Part shown: positions 37,479-51,750 of the stretch, one piece after another
Layout of the letters: each line of letters begins with the position of its first letter
Numbering within the stretch: the stretch's first letter is position 1
Source: Octopus sinensis
Taxonomy: Eukaryota
NCBI RefSeq assembly: GCF_006345805.1
Contig: NC_043010.1
Location: 41,664,001-41,728,000 of the forward strand
Direction of reading: 5' to 3'
Length of the DNA stretch: 64,000 nucleotides
Notes under the pieces: generated by a model
The model's input: the letters and a program-made list of their open reading frames with translations, nothing else
What the model was told of the DNA's origin: nothing
Databases searched by the model: none
Program-made: the position numbers and the translations under genes

Positions 37479-38536
37479 GGCTGGTAGTGCGTGCACGTCA
37501 CTTATTAGGTCGAAATAAACCGAAATGCCTCTACCGTTCGTGCAAGACACTACTATGACAATTTTCGTCTCTCTCCGATATATGGTGTCATTTTTAAATG
37601 CAGCATATTCATAAAATATGTTATCTCGGGGCGAGGACTGTAACTTACCTTTCAACGATATTTACGTTAAATATGATTTATAGATGCCCCCCCTCCTCTC
37701 AGTTTGTCTATCTGTCTCCATATCTCTCTTATATATCTATATATGTATACATACACGCATATATAAATACATACATGTATAAATACACACATGCACTCAC
37801 GCACGCGAGCACGCACATATACGCATATATATATTCATGCATGCATGTATATATATATGTGCGTGTTTGTTTTCGTCGCTCTATCTCCCCATGCATCATT
37901 CAAGCCACCTTGATTTGCCTGTTTACGAAACTATCAAATTAAACATATCTCTATTTATCGATCAGTACACCCATTCATTCTATCCATCCGTGCCATCTAT
38001 TCATCCATTTAATCAATAAAGCAATTATAAATCGCATGTCTCAATTCTTTTGTGTATAGTATGATATATCATAGAATGACTTGTAATGCTTTAAAAATAT
38101 TTTTCTCCAGAGGCATAAGCAATGTCATGAAATCACTTGGTTACTATTGTGCTCCAATTTCATTTCATAACTGCAAACCCGTGTATAATTTTCGTATTAA
38201 TGTCACCTAAAATATAATCAATATCAATACCTTATTCAGTAGCATGCATTTTTCAGCACCAATTAATCGACACAAAAGTAGAGTACTTAAATAATTCGTC
38301 GTAGATTAACATTCATGCAATAAATATGATGTAATATGATATAACAAACACCTCTGTTTATCTTTTTCTCCGTACTGAAGACATCGTACCAGATGAAAAT
38401 TGTAATTAAGCAAAAAATAAGGCTTCAGTTGTTGAAACGAAAGGAAAATCTAAACTAAGTAAACAATATAAGTAATACACATTTCATTTCTTTTACTTCA
38501 CTAACGATAATATATGGATTCTTAGTAAGGCATATA

Positions 38537-38617
<81 letters not shown>

Positions 38618-38663
38618 ATGTGTAGTGCGTGTATATATATGTGTGTGTTTATGTACGTGTGTA

Positions 38664-38720
<57 letters not shown>

Positions 38721-38959
38721 GTCTGTCTATCTACTTATCTATCTTAGAACGCCGAATAATGTCTTAAGAGGTCCTCTGATGTTGGCAATTACTGGATACA
38801 AGCAGAGACATAACTCGTAGTAAACGATAATCGTCTGTTATGGGGGCCGCATGTGTCAGATCATGTGATTTTAGTCCAATAATACTATATTTGTTCCACG
38901 TCCTCGCGTTGTTGTGTTTTCTTTGTGCTTTCATGTTTGGATTAACTATATACTCTTTT

Positions 38960-39366
38960 TTCCTCTTTTACTTGTTTCAGTCATTTGACTACGGCCATGC
39001 TGGAGCACCGCCTTTAGTCGATCAAATCGACCCCGGGACTTATTCTTTTTTTTTGTAAGCCCAGTACTTATTCTATCGGTCTCTTTTTGCCAAACCGCTA
39101 AGTGACGGGGCCGTAAACACACCAGCATCGATTGTCAAGCAATGCTAGGGGGACAAACACAGACACACAAACACACACACATACATATATATATACATAT
39201 ATACGACAGGCTTCTTTCAGTTTCCGTCTACCAAATCCACTCACAAGGCATTGGTCGGCCCGGGGCTATAGCAGAAGACACTTGCCCAAGATGCCACGCA
39301 GTGGGACTGAACCCAGAACCATGTGGTTGGTTAGCAAGCTACTTACCACACAGCCACTCCTGCGCC

Positions 39367-39367
<1 letters not shown>
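38960..39367 (-). mobile_element. SINE family B, full length
   Basis: Identity with other copies. Confidence 0.9.
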
Positions 39368-39430
<63 letters not shown>

Positions 39431-40264
39431 CTGGGGTCAAATGTACTGAAAACAGCGGTAACACCTAAAAGCAAATTCAAAACCTAAACATTTTGTTTTT
39501 GCGTAAAAGTTTTGTTTTTGTTTAGCTCATATGATAGGACTCCCCAAGACAAGTGGCATGGGGCTAATCTTTTCAAAAAATATTCAAAATAAAAAAAAGT
39601 TATTATATAAGCTAAATGTGCCAAAAGTACGTTTTAAACGATTTTCAAGTAATATCGTTACTTATTACAGTACTAAGACGACGGGCTGGCAGAGTCGTTA
39701 AGACGGAGGGTGATAGCTTCGCGGCATTTCGTCTGTCTCTATATTCTGAATTCAAATTCCGCCAAGGTCGTCTTTGCTTTTTATCTTTTTGGTACTCGAT
39801 AAAATGAGTATCAGTTGAGCACTGAGGTCGATGTAATCAACGTCCCCCTGCTTCCGGATTTAATGGCCTTGTGTCAAAATTGGAAGCCAATATTGCAAAA
39901 TGTTTGATTCAATTCAGCATTTCGGTATCTTGCGAAGATCTACCTCATATTCATAGAATACACTATATTGTAATAAATATCATTCACACACGGCAGTGTG
40001 TGAATAATATTCTTAAGGTTAGCATTTACTCACTCGCGACCCCTTCTAGACTTTGTCACTAATTCAGTTTTTTTTTTTACCAAATTTGATGATGTTTATA
40101 CATTTTTAGACTGGCCACCTCTTAAGCTACATTTTGAGCTATAAAATTTGAATTTGGTTCCGTAGAAAAAAAGTTGAAATTTCAAATATATGAGGTAAAA
40201 AAAAGGGAGAATGCCTGAAATCGACTTGAGGGATATACACTCGACGCTGCATACATACTTTCGT

Positions 40265-40309
<45 letters not shown>

Positions 40310-40493
40310 CACACATACACACATGCACAATGCACACACATACATGCACTTTCATATAAGTAACTTTTAAAACGCCCATGAAGGGAAACAAAGGTGAGAG
40401 TGACGAATACGTAGCTTTAAGGAGAGAGGGGGTAAGTTGACAACAATTGATGACAAGTGGACTCTTTTCTGCTGTCCATCGTAAATAAACACT

Positions 40494-40539
<46 letters not shown>

Positions 40540-40599
40540 ATAATAATACATACGTCCATACATACATACTCCCTTCTTTGGATCTTTCCTTTTTCTATG

Positions 40600-40632
40600 T
40601 TTCTGATAAAGAGCTCCGCTCGAAACGTTAAA
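40600..40632 (+). ncRNA. Decayed minimal type-I hammerhead motif (PLE-derived)
   Basis: ttt CTGATAA a gagc tcc gctc GAAAC GTT aaa. Confidence 0.45.
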
Positions 40633-42029
40633 TCCTCCTTCTTTCCTTCCTTCCTGAGCGTCCAATAATACTATATTTGTTCCACGTCCTCGCGTTGTTG
40701 TGTTTTCTCTTTGTGTTTTCATGTTTGGATTAACTTTACATACATACATACGTACTTATGTTACTAAGGTTTAAAGTTTAATAATTTTTACCTAATCAGA
40801 AAATAGGATTTAGAAGCTGGCATTTCCTGCATGATAGTTGTCTATCACAAAATGAAATCAAAATCATTATACGAGGAGGAATTTATATTAAGCAAACGAA
40901 AGCAAAGCATTACGACGCCCTAAGTTGTAAGAACTTCTGAAGTTTTAATCAGTGTTTTGTTTGATTTTAAACTTTTAATTCAATATTATAGTAGAATTTA
41001 GATTATTATTTCTTAGCTTAAACTGGACAAGGTTTTTGCTTTCAGATAGTATGATTGGATTTTCAGAGTAGCAGGATTTAGATTATTTATCTTCAGGGAA
41101 GTTGACAAGAACAGTAACTGAATTGCAGGCTATATTTTTATTTTGCATGAATTTCAACTAACAAACTAACTTTGTCCTGACAAGGGCAGGTGGCTCTTCC
41201 TGCCTTACGGTGAATGCATTGACTATTTTTGCATTAAAAAAAAATTTATATTAGCAATGGCTTTACTATTCATATGACCAGATTCTCTTCTTACTATATA
41301 GTTGATATATTCTCATACATCTTCTTGCTAGCTCTTCTTACTATATATAGATATAACTCATTTATTTCTTGATTTTATAATAAAATTAGTATTACAATAA
41401 TATTCAATATTATATAGAAATTTATTTTTCATAATGTATTTTCGCATTTTCATTTTTGGCGCGTTTGTATTATGCACTTTGTTTCAATATAAAAATTTTG
41501 TATACAGTGAAGATATAGAATATAATTTTTATTATTATTATTATTAATTATATAGAAAATAAATATACAGGCAGGTTTCATTTAATTCAAATATTTTTGA
41601 ACAAAAGAATATTTATTAGTTTTATTGCATTGGCTTGAAAAAAGTGGATTACAATGAAAAATGCGGGCGCATGTATGTTAATATTCTTAAATTATTACAC
41701 CTGGAAAACTACAGAACAAGATTCCTGCTGTAGAATTTGCCTAATTCGTCACATATAAAGGAGACTAAAAAGTACTTAAAATTAAAATTCTACTATACTT
41801 GAAATATTGCAACCGAGAATACCACATTTAAAAAATTAAATTTGAGATAATTTATTTTATTTATAATGAGGATCTAAAAAACAAGTAAATTCTTAAAAAC
41901 ATGGTACAAAGATAATCAAAAATAAATTTAAACAATTTAAAAAAAAAATCATGCCTTTTGAAATATACAATTAAAATAGTCATTTTATTTAATTATAACA
42001 ATAAAATATGGAATTGTTAATAATATTCT

Positions 42030-42246
42030 TTCATTCTTTCCTTTGTTTCAGTCATTTGACTGCGGCCATACTGAAGCACCGCCTTTAGTTGATCAAATCG
42101 ACCTCAGGACTTATTCTTTGTAAGCCTAGTACTTATTCTATCGGTCACTTATGCCGAACCGCTAGGTTACGGAGACGTAGACGCACTAACATCGGTTGTC
42201 AACCGATGGTGTGAGGGACAAACACAGGCACACAAATATATACATA

Positions 42247-42291
<45 letters not shown>

Positions 42292-42435
42292 TACGACGAC
42301 CTTCTTTCAGTTTCCGTGTATCAAATCCTCTTACAAGGCTTTGGCCGGCCCGAGGCTATAGTAGAAGACACTTGCCCAAGGTGCCACGCAGCGGGACTGA
42401 ACCTGGAACCATGTGGTTGGTAAACAAGCTACTTT
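42030..42435 (-). mobile_element. SINE family B
   Basis: Similarity to other copies. Confidence 0.85.
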
Positions 42436-42609
42436 ATTTCATGAAATATTTGCCTTACGGCATTACAAAGATGGGACAAACAAGGACAGACAAACATAAA
42501 AATGGTGAAGTTGCTTTAATAGTTCGAATGATGAATTATGTTTAAAATCTCGATTAAAATATGGTAAAAAGTTTAAAAAATTTGGTTAAGTTACATTGCC
42601 ATATGCAAT

Positions 42610-42990
42610 GAGTTACCTGAAGGAAAGGCATCCGACCACCAGGGTAGAACCTTTGCTTTCTTTCCGGAGCTCCACTTACTTGGTGCCCATCACTTCCAGT
42701 TGTCTTACCACAAGCTTCCATCTTTTTTCTGGAATCTCTCTCGTGACAGGTATATCTTCTCCAGCCTGATCTTGCTACTGAGGTGGTAGCTAAAAAAAGT
42801 TTACCAACCCCTGTCTAGATACAAAGGTATCCGTCCCTATTCCTTTCACACGCACCTTCCATACTGTTTCTTTTAATATGGCTACCACGCAGAAAGAAAC
42901 AGGCTTTTCTCTCCCCGCTAAGGGAAGGAAGCGGCACAATCTCGATGAAGGACTTAGTCGATAGCTGTACTCTTCTCATCGACGACAACA
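42610..42990 (-). mobile_element. Tx1/L1-like ORF2 3' end remnant
   Basis: ..REIPEKRWKLVVRQLEV.., comparable to 290-480. Confidence 0.45.
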
Positions 42991-42994
42991 GTTG

Positions 42995-43386
42995 TTCTTT
43001 TACTCTTTTACTTGTTTCAGTCATCTGACTGCGGCCATGCTGGAGCAACGCCTTTAGTCGAGCAAATCGACCCTAGGACTTATTCTTTGTAGGTCTAAAA
43101 CTTATTCTATCGGTCTTTTATGCCGAACCGCTAGGTTACGGGGACGTAAACACACCAGCATCGGTTTACAAGCGATGTTGGGGGTGGGGGACAAACAAAC
43201 ACACGCGCACATACACATATATATACATATATACGACGGGCTTCTTTCAGTTTCCGTCTACTAAATCCACTCACAAGGCTTTGGTCGGCCCGAGGCTATA
43301 GTAGAAGACACTTGCCCAAGGTGCCATACCGTAGGACTGAACCCGGAACCATGTGGCTGGTAAGCAAGCTACTTACCACACAGCCA
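42995..43386 (-). mobile_element. SINE family B, full length
   Basis: Identity with other copies. Confidence 0.9.
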
Positions 43387-43789
43387 ATAATATATATAAT
43401 ATTATTATTTTTTCTGTCAGTAATTGAAACAGAATAAGGTGAACTGGTCCTCTCCAATGCCAAAGTCAGCAATCTCATTAATCTCAAGTAGTAATAAATG
43501 CATTTGACCTCTACTGGCCACATGGGCGTGACGCTTCTTTTGTTTCCTGTTCGCACAGGAATGCAAAGCCCCATGGTTGATCTACTTCTTTACCATCTGT
43601 CGAACCTATTTACAGACCTGTGGAATTTGGTCTATTCCCCAAGCTGCTTCTCTTTCTCCTACTATCCCCGCCAACCCTCACATATTGAAGACAAATGTCG
43701 AAACTAAACAATATTTAGTAGTACCACACAGTAGTAGGAGCAAAGATGGCAGACTTAACTAAAAAGCGGTTTTACTGTTGCCACTAACT

Positions 43790-44600
43790 ACTATACTACT
43801 CTACCTGTGTAAACTGTGGGTGTGAGAGTATGATATCTACTATGTATATTTCCTATTTAGTATTGGGGAAGTTTCATGTATAAGGACGTACTCCCGTATT
43901 TGTCTGACAGTTGGGCCTTTTAGGTGCTTGGATAAATGCGGATGTCAAGTTGACCCAAGTTGTCTCCATGTTGGTCTTTGGCATGTTGGTAGAGTATGGA
44001 GAACTGTTCTTTGTCATCATATTTTCTCAGATGTTCATTTAGTCGTTCCGCAATGCTCCTAGATGTCTCCCCTATATATGTCATGTTCATGTCTTTACAA
44101 GCACATAAGTTGTGATATGACGGAGTTCTCTGGCTTTTTAACAATCTTAATGTTGAGTTTGGCCTCTTTCAGAGCTTTTCTAAATCTACGGGCTAGTTCT
44201 CCATGGGCTGTGGCCTCTACAAACATTACTCCTTGATATTTGTCAGTTTTGTACGACGTGTTCTCTCTGTTTGCTTTGTCACAAGTTCTTTGTATCCTAT
44301 TCCATTCTTTGTTTCTATATCTAGGCCAGGTACCACTGGTATCATTATGTATAATGTTATCTAATTTCTTTCTAGCCCACCTGTATACTCGAACCCTATC
44401 TTTCAGATCATACCCAGAGAACTGCATGCGGTGCATGAAGTTCTGTATATGTTTTTCCGTTTCATAAGGTTCGCATAGTGGAGATATATTGTTCATTATT
44501 CTAACTAAGTTTGCTATCAGTGTGTTAATTTTCATGTTGTGTGGCAAAGCTGAGTTCTTGTGAACAACATATTTTGAAGTTGAGGAACTGCACTCTATTG
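43790..44600 (-). mobile_element. Penelope-like element 3' part (thumb plus GIY-YIG)
   Basis: PHNMKINTLIANLVRIMNNIS..FSGY..; MTYIGETSRSIAERLNEH. Confidence 0.9.
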
Positions 44601-44692
44601 TTCACAGTCTCTAACCAAGTTTTAAGAAATAATATGGCCATATTATATCCAAGATTTTAAAGGTTTTCTTCTGTTATAAAATCTGCATTGGC

Positions 44693-44985
44693 GCAGGCGT
44701 GGCTGTGGTAAGAAGCTTGCTTCCTAACTACATGTTTTTGGGTTCTGTCCCACTGCATGACACTTTGGGGAAGTGCTTTTTACTATAGCCTCGGGCCGAC
44801 CAGAGCCTTGTTAATGGATTTGGTAGACGGAAACTGAAAGAAACCATCATCGCTTGACAACCGATGTTGGTGTATTTATGTCCACGTAACCTAGCGGTTC
44901 GGTAAAAGAATCCGACAAAATAAGTAGTAGGCTTACAAAGAATAAGTCCTGGGGTCGATTTCTTTTACTAAAACCCTCTAAGCGG
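44693..44985 (+). mobile_element. SINE family B, older copy
   Basis: Similarity to other copies. Confidence 0.8.
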
Positions 44986-45628
44986 TACTGTTCAATTATG
45001 AACAAATCCATATCTTAAAAGAGGATATAAGAGCTCTACCTACTCCAAGAGACTGCAAAGAATATGGCTAAAGGACTGAGCATTAAGAAGGTCTGTAAAT
45101 CTTTAATGATAACAATCCTAATCGGGAACTGGAGGTAACAAAAAAATTACTAGAGTAATTCATTATGGGTTCAGTTCCTGAGTTGTAAAAAGAAATTGCT
45201 TGTTGTTAAGGTCAAACAATTTCGGCTAAGTTTGTCATCACTACTGAAGCTGATGCTGATGATGATGATATACAAGGCAGAAATTAGTTCCCCTCTTCCT
45301 TAATTGAATTCCTCTGCACCACCTCCTATCAGTGTACTTCTTTTATGGTGAGCACAAACCTGCTGCAATATTGCTCCATTTGTATTTAATGCTTAATACA
45401 TTTCTCTTCAAATATTTTGAAGTAAATATGTGCGAGTGATGTGCGAGTTTGAAAATTGTTATTTTTATGCACAAAACTATTTTTTCGAAAATAATTCAGC
45501 CCGAACGCACCTCTATTTATAACATGAAAGTCCATGGGAAAAAAAAACCTTGTTAAGAATTCTATTCAAGGACAAGATTTTCTGAAGCGCAATACTTCCG
45601 TATCGCAGGAATGCCTGCCTTGTGTATA

Positions 45629-45823
45629 CAGGGTGCGGCAGAAATAACTCGCACATTTGAAAGGTTGACAAAAGGAAAAAGAAACATTTTACTATTGCTT
45701 AAACAAAGGGTTACAGCTTTTGTTCCTTAGCTAAATGAAAACATCATTGGCACTTGCATAAGTTCATTAGCAACACATAGGTGAAAGTTTAAAATGTGCG
45801 AGGTAATTCTGCCCCCGCCCTCA
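45629..45823. mobile_element. Tc1/mariner-type MITE
   Basis: Imperfect ~30-bp TIRs cagggtgcggcagaaataactcgcacattt / aaatgtgcgaggtaattctgcccccgccctc; TA on the left flank. Confidence 0.7.
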
Positions 45824-47289
45824 TGTATATTTTTTAATATCAATTAGGTTTTAACCTTTCGTAGCGATGATCAATCAACTGTGCAGTTTTATTAGTTGTG
45901 TTATTGTCAATAACTGTCTGGCGTCAGTGATTTAAAAGCATTCAAGAAAACACTTGTTCTTAGACTCTTTTGATTACAGCTATGAGGCAACAAAATCTAG
46001 TTACGACGTAAAATAATTGCACACATCTCCCGCACTGCGGTAGCTTTGCGTTCATGAAAATCATCTTATAAAGTAGGATTCCGTAATAAGAATTATTTTC
46101 ACACTGATTTCTATGAGATGAATTGAAGTGTACTCCAGTGGAATTAATTTATGAAAAAGAAAAAGTTCAAGTTCTTCAACTTCTAATTAATATTTTTACC
46201 ATAGTCTTCATAGAAGTATAATGTAATTCATAGGCATCTCAAACTATCTTCATTGAACGTTATATAAGCTGTTTTACAAGGTTAAAGTTTTAATTTATAG
46301 CGATTTTCCTAAATTTTTTGAACAAAAATACTTTTAAAACAATTTGATGAGCCAGGTACATAGAAACATAATGTAAATAACGTGCCTCACGAATAATTAG
46401 CTTCATAAATGCACAATTTTAGCTCCACACATCAATGTTTGACTATATTTGTCGTTGAATACGTCATATATAACCTTACTCCAAACTCTAGTACACAAAA
46501 GAATAAAACTACAAAGAAAAGAAGCCAAGTGGAACAGAAGGTGTTGTCATATTTCAGTATCATTATCTTCAATATTTCGTTGGATGTATCTATACTGGAA
46601 GTTGTTAGTTCGTCACTTGTACATTTATCTCTCAAAAGGGTTACGAAATGTCGAATAAACTTCATCAATTTGTTGAGCCATTAATATATACTGAAAAACC
46701 CAGTAAAAATATGGATATAAGATATACAGGGAGACGGCACAAAATTCAATGAACTTGCGACTTTTGAAAGCAATGCTCTAGTATTCCTTGACCGTGATGG
46801 CTAAAATAAAGTTAAAAGTCAAAGAAAGAAAGGACAAATGTCTAACTGCTTATTATGCGCTCTGTGTGGTAAAATACTAGGCAACAATATTGATTTGTTG
46901 AACAGAATCCTAGAGATGTTGCTAAGAAATAGATTGATTAGTAGTTTTTTTTCCTTCCTTTTATTTGCTGTATATTTATCATGTAGCAGTGAGTGTGTGT
47001 ATATATGCGTTTATGCGTAGAGTCGAGGCAAAAAGGTAGTCACTCTGTATATAAGTATATATGTGTATGCATGTCTCTATGCATATTTACATACATACAT
47101 ATACATACATACATACATACATACATACATACATACATACATACATACATACATACATGACCCCAGTCTAATGATTGAAACGAGTAAAAGGTAATATATA
47201 TATATGTATATATATCGTGAAGTATATTTGCCCCCTAAATGTGACTGGATAACTTATCGCGAACAGGTAAAGCGTTCCTGTAGCACTGC

Positions 47290-48540
47290 CAGGTCAGGGA
47301 TTTTTGGAAGTCATCCAACTACCCCGGCCTGAAAGTTTTTTTGAACAGGTTTGCAAGTTGGTTCTCATCGAACCCCAGAGCCCCTCCTGGGACGTCATCG
47401 TTTTTTGCCTCTACCAGCCCTCTATAGAACACCGAGGTGGTATTCCCGCTGCCGGCCTTGCCCGTCTTGTGGATCAGCCATAGTGCCTGACAATACTCCT
47501 TCTGCCATAAAGTCAGGTTACGTCTTTTAATGAAACCGGGTTTAAATCTCTCCAAAGAGGCCGGTCGCGGCAAGAACTCCTCCGCCAGCGGACTCCACAC
47601 CTTATCACCTTCCAGGTGGAACGAGAGATGTCTCAGCCTCAACGCATGTCTGCACATCATCAGCCAGGGCATTCCCAGTCCACCCTTCAACGGTTCCTGG
47701 CAGCAAACGGAGCACCTCACAAGTGGCGACACTAGACGATATCAGCTTATTCCTCCAGGTGCCGAAGCACAAACCGATGGACTTGTCCTTGTTAACTTTT
47801 GCCCCTGCCATCGCTTCGTATCCTCGAGAGCATCTTCTACACGAGGTAGCTGTGTTTCGTTGGACACGATGAGGGTGACGTCATCCGCATAAGCAGAAAC
47901 AGACCTACCGCATCCGATTTCATTTGGGTTACCTCCTAACTTCTCCAACTTCCACAATAATGGCTCAAGAGCTAAAGCGTACAGAAGCGGAGAGAAGGGA
48001 CACCCTTGACGAACAGAACACTTGATCGAAAACGGCTCCGTTAGGTAACCGTTTATCTGGACCGCTGTACATAGTGGAGATCCACCCGCGTAAGCCAGGG
48101 CCCAGCCCAGCCGCTTCGAGGACCGCCCCAGGTACTGATGGTCTACTCTATCGAACACTTTACTTTGGTCTAAATGGACCAATGCTCCTCATTTGCCGGC
48201 TAATTTTCCAACCCTATCTAAGGTGTAGCGGAGAAGGTGAAGAATATCCTGGATCGACCTGCCTGGGATTGCACATGTCTGTGCCTTCCCGACAAGTTTC
48301 TCCACGACAGCCGTCAAACTTTTTGCTCAGACCTTGCCTAAAATCTTTAACTCTACATTAAGTAGAGTTATGGGCCTATAATTACAGATACTATCCCCCT
48401 TGCTCGGGTCTTTCTGGACCAGCGTCACAACTCCCCGGCTCACAGAACAGAGAATTCTCCCAATCTGTTGCCAGTTTGCATAGACACCTGCCAGTATCTC
48501 CCCGAACAAGTCCGGCATACAACGATAAAACTCATTGGGC
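47290..48540 (-). mobile_element. Tx1/L1-clade LINE RT, frameshifted
   Basis: NYRPITLLNVELKI, LDQSKVFDRVDH, VRQGCPFSPLLY, AYADDVT. Confidence 0.95.
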
Positions 48541-49079
48541 AGACCATATATATATATATGTATATATATATGTATATATATATGTATATATATATATATA
48601 AAAATGTGTGTGTGTATATACATATACATACATACACACACATATATATATATTCACAAATAATGCATTCATTGGTAGCCTAGTTAATTTGTTACTTCGT
48701 GCGGTGGAACTTACAACAGAGACCAGTGAATACTAGTGACTGCCGGTTGCCAGAGCATCTAGAATGGTAATCCAACGATTAGCTATGCAGTTATAGGATC
48801 GCTTGTCTAAATCAAACTACTAACTTTCTTACAATTATTAAATGGTAATACATATAACTTACACTCTTAGGCAATTAAGGCATTATCTATAACTTCAATA
48901 AAATACGAGATGCATTTCAGAAATTTGAGACTTTTAATGGAGAGGCAGTTATAAACTTCATAGATTGCTCTAATTTTATTATATCATTATTATACCTCTA
49001 ATAGCCTGAGCTGCCAACTTTTTTTATTATTCAAGATTGAAAGAGACGGCTGTAATAACACTTTGAATATATATACCCT

Positions 49080-49275
49080 AGTAAAAACTGCTCGTCACAG
49101 CTGATTAGTTTGTATAATTCAGTTGCGAAGTGAAGATAATCTGGAAGCTGGCCATGCAGTAAAAGTTTGTGTTAAACTGGGCAAAAACGCTACAGAAACT
49201 TATGAGATATTCCAAGTTACTTATGGATTAACTTGTATGAGCTGAGCACCTGGTTTTCACTGGAACAAGAAGCCA
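49080..49275 (+). mobile_element. Mariner transposase N-terminal remnant
   Basis: HAVKVCVKLGKNATETYEIFQVTYG..CMS. Confidence 0.75.
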
Positions 49276-50640
49276 GGAAAAGCAAATACACCGAGTGTTT
49301 CCTTCTTGTTAATAGATAATATCTATCGATTTCTAAAAAGGATTCGGTATAATCTGAGAAAAATTGGACTACTAGTTTTAGCAAGTCGAATGACCATGTA
49401 GGAGTCCCCTCCTTGGTCCCTGATATTCTATTTCACTACTCACTCAGATGATTCTAAAGGGATGACGTGAGTGCCAGATAAATAAATATGCATTGAAAAG
49501 GATTCTGGATTGATTCTGAATTTGTGATTTATTCCTTATTGGGATCTAAATGAATTTTCTATTTTTACATGAAATAACATGTCAGGACAAAACTGTGCAC
49601 CGAATCCTGATACAAGGTTATAGCTCACTCAACCATTAAATCAGCGACTCGGTCGATTGAAGTCCCAGCTTGTAGGTCGTAAAACTTAAATTAATCGATA
49701 ATGGGGATCAATGGCAGATAACATATAGCGTATGTGTGTATGTGTGTGTGTGTGTGCATACACGTGCAAACATGTCTGTGTGTGCGTGCACGAATGTCTG
49801 TGTACGCATGCGTATCTGCTATAGTTTCTGAAAGATTGTGTACAGAGTTAGGAGAAACAAACATTCGTTGTTTACGAAGATATATTATATAGCAACAAGG
49901 TATTATTTGCCTAGAAACGTATCTATGTGATTGTTGTGGATCGCATGTCAGAAACAAGGTAGTGCTTCACTGAAAAGACTACTAAAATGATTCAAATTAA
50001 AAGTTCGAGTTGTACTTAGCTCACGAATGACCGTCAGTTATTATTACATCACCTTTTCATTAACAGGTGATGGATATCCTGTTTAAAGATAGAGAAAAAT
50101 ACATAGCGATCTCATGCGACATAACAACCGCACCCAAAATATTCACAGTGTTCACTCATTAGAAAAGTAAAATACATGCCCATTCAAACTTTATGTAAAA
50201 CTCTGAAAAAGTGACTGAACTGCTTTAGCAAACCGAGTGAAACGTTCCTTGAGGTAAGTCATTGATTGAAAATTACCGCACTACGTGCAGAGTGGCTGAA
50301 TATTTTCAGACACAACTAATCTCATAGTATTTTAGATGCAATCTGGAGTCTTCCCCACATGTTGTTTACTCGGCTTCACTCAAATGACTTGGATCCACAC
50401 GAGCTGTGTCAATGTGAGCGAAATTCTAAATGATGCAGCTGTATGTATGTATGTATGTATGTATGTATGTATGTATGTATGTATGTATGTATGTATGTAT
50501 CCGTTTATCTGTCTGTATATATATATATATATATATAGTTGAAATTATAGAAAAACAAAAGACGAAGACAGGTGTATGAACAACAAGCAGGTGTATTACT
50601 TTGACGCTCGGAAAAATGATAAAGTCTCTTGCGTTTCGAG

Positions 50641-50729
<89 letters not shown>

Positions 50730-50952
50730 ATGTATATATATACATACATATACACAGATACACAAAACATGCACACAGGCACACACACCTGTACACATAG
50801 ACACACGCACACATATACACATATATACATACACATATGTATGTATATATATATATATATAATATATTATATATATATATAATATATATATATTATATTA
50901 TATATATATATATATATATAATATATATATATAATATATTATATATATATAT

Positions 50953-51002
<50 letters not shown>

Positions 51003-51027
51003 ACATATATATTAGTATGCCATGTTA

Positions 51028-51064
<37 letters not shown>

Positions 51065-51332
51065 ATATATATTAGTATGCCATGTTAATGTTGTGCAATT
51101 TCAAATTTTCCACCAGACTCTGCGTAGTAATTGTGAATCTTTATTATCTTCTATCTTATCGTCTGAATTAATAATTATTGTGTGAATTATTAATTCAATA
51201 AATCTTATATTATGTTGATGTTTTATATTTTGCCTGTGTATTTATGTATATGAGCATTTTTGAATATATTTAAATACCTACGAGTTTTATCTTATATCAT
51301 ATCGACGTTTTATACATATTTTTATATCTATC

Positions 51333-51495
51333 TGCGCAGGAGTGGCTGTGTAGTAAGTAGCTTGCTAACCAACCACACGGTTCCGGGTTCAGTCCCACTG
51401 CGTGGCATCTTGGGCAAGTGTCTTCTGCTATAGCCCCGGGCCGACCAATGCCTTGTGAGTGGATTTGGTAGACGGAAACTGAAAGAAGCCTGTCG

Positions 51496-51559
<64 letters not shown>

Positions 51560-51750
51560 TGTGTTTGTCCCCCTTGCATTGCTTGACAACCGATGCTGGT
51601 GTGTTAAGTCCCCGTCACTTAGCGGTTCGGCAAAAGAGAACGAAAGAATAAGTACTGGGCTTACAAAGAATAAGTCCCGGGGTCGATTTGCTCGACTAAA
51701 GGCGGTACTCCAGCATGGCCGCAGTCAAATGACTGAAACAAGTAAAAGAA
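51333..51750 (+). mobile_element. SINE family B, full length
   Basis: Identity with other copies. Confidence 0.9.

Noticed and set aside
37377-37655. 92-aa minus-strand ORF
   Set aside because: No recognisable motif; lies in a GC/CpG-richer patch where stops are rarer
38372-38400. CTGAAGA..GAAA hammerhead-like string
   Set aside because: No 10.1-11.1 pair and no stem III or stem I
50336-50413. Plus-strand mini-exon candidate (tattttag|..caat|gtgagc)
   Set aside because: No homology and no phase partner; cannot be supported
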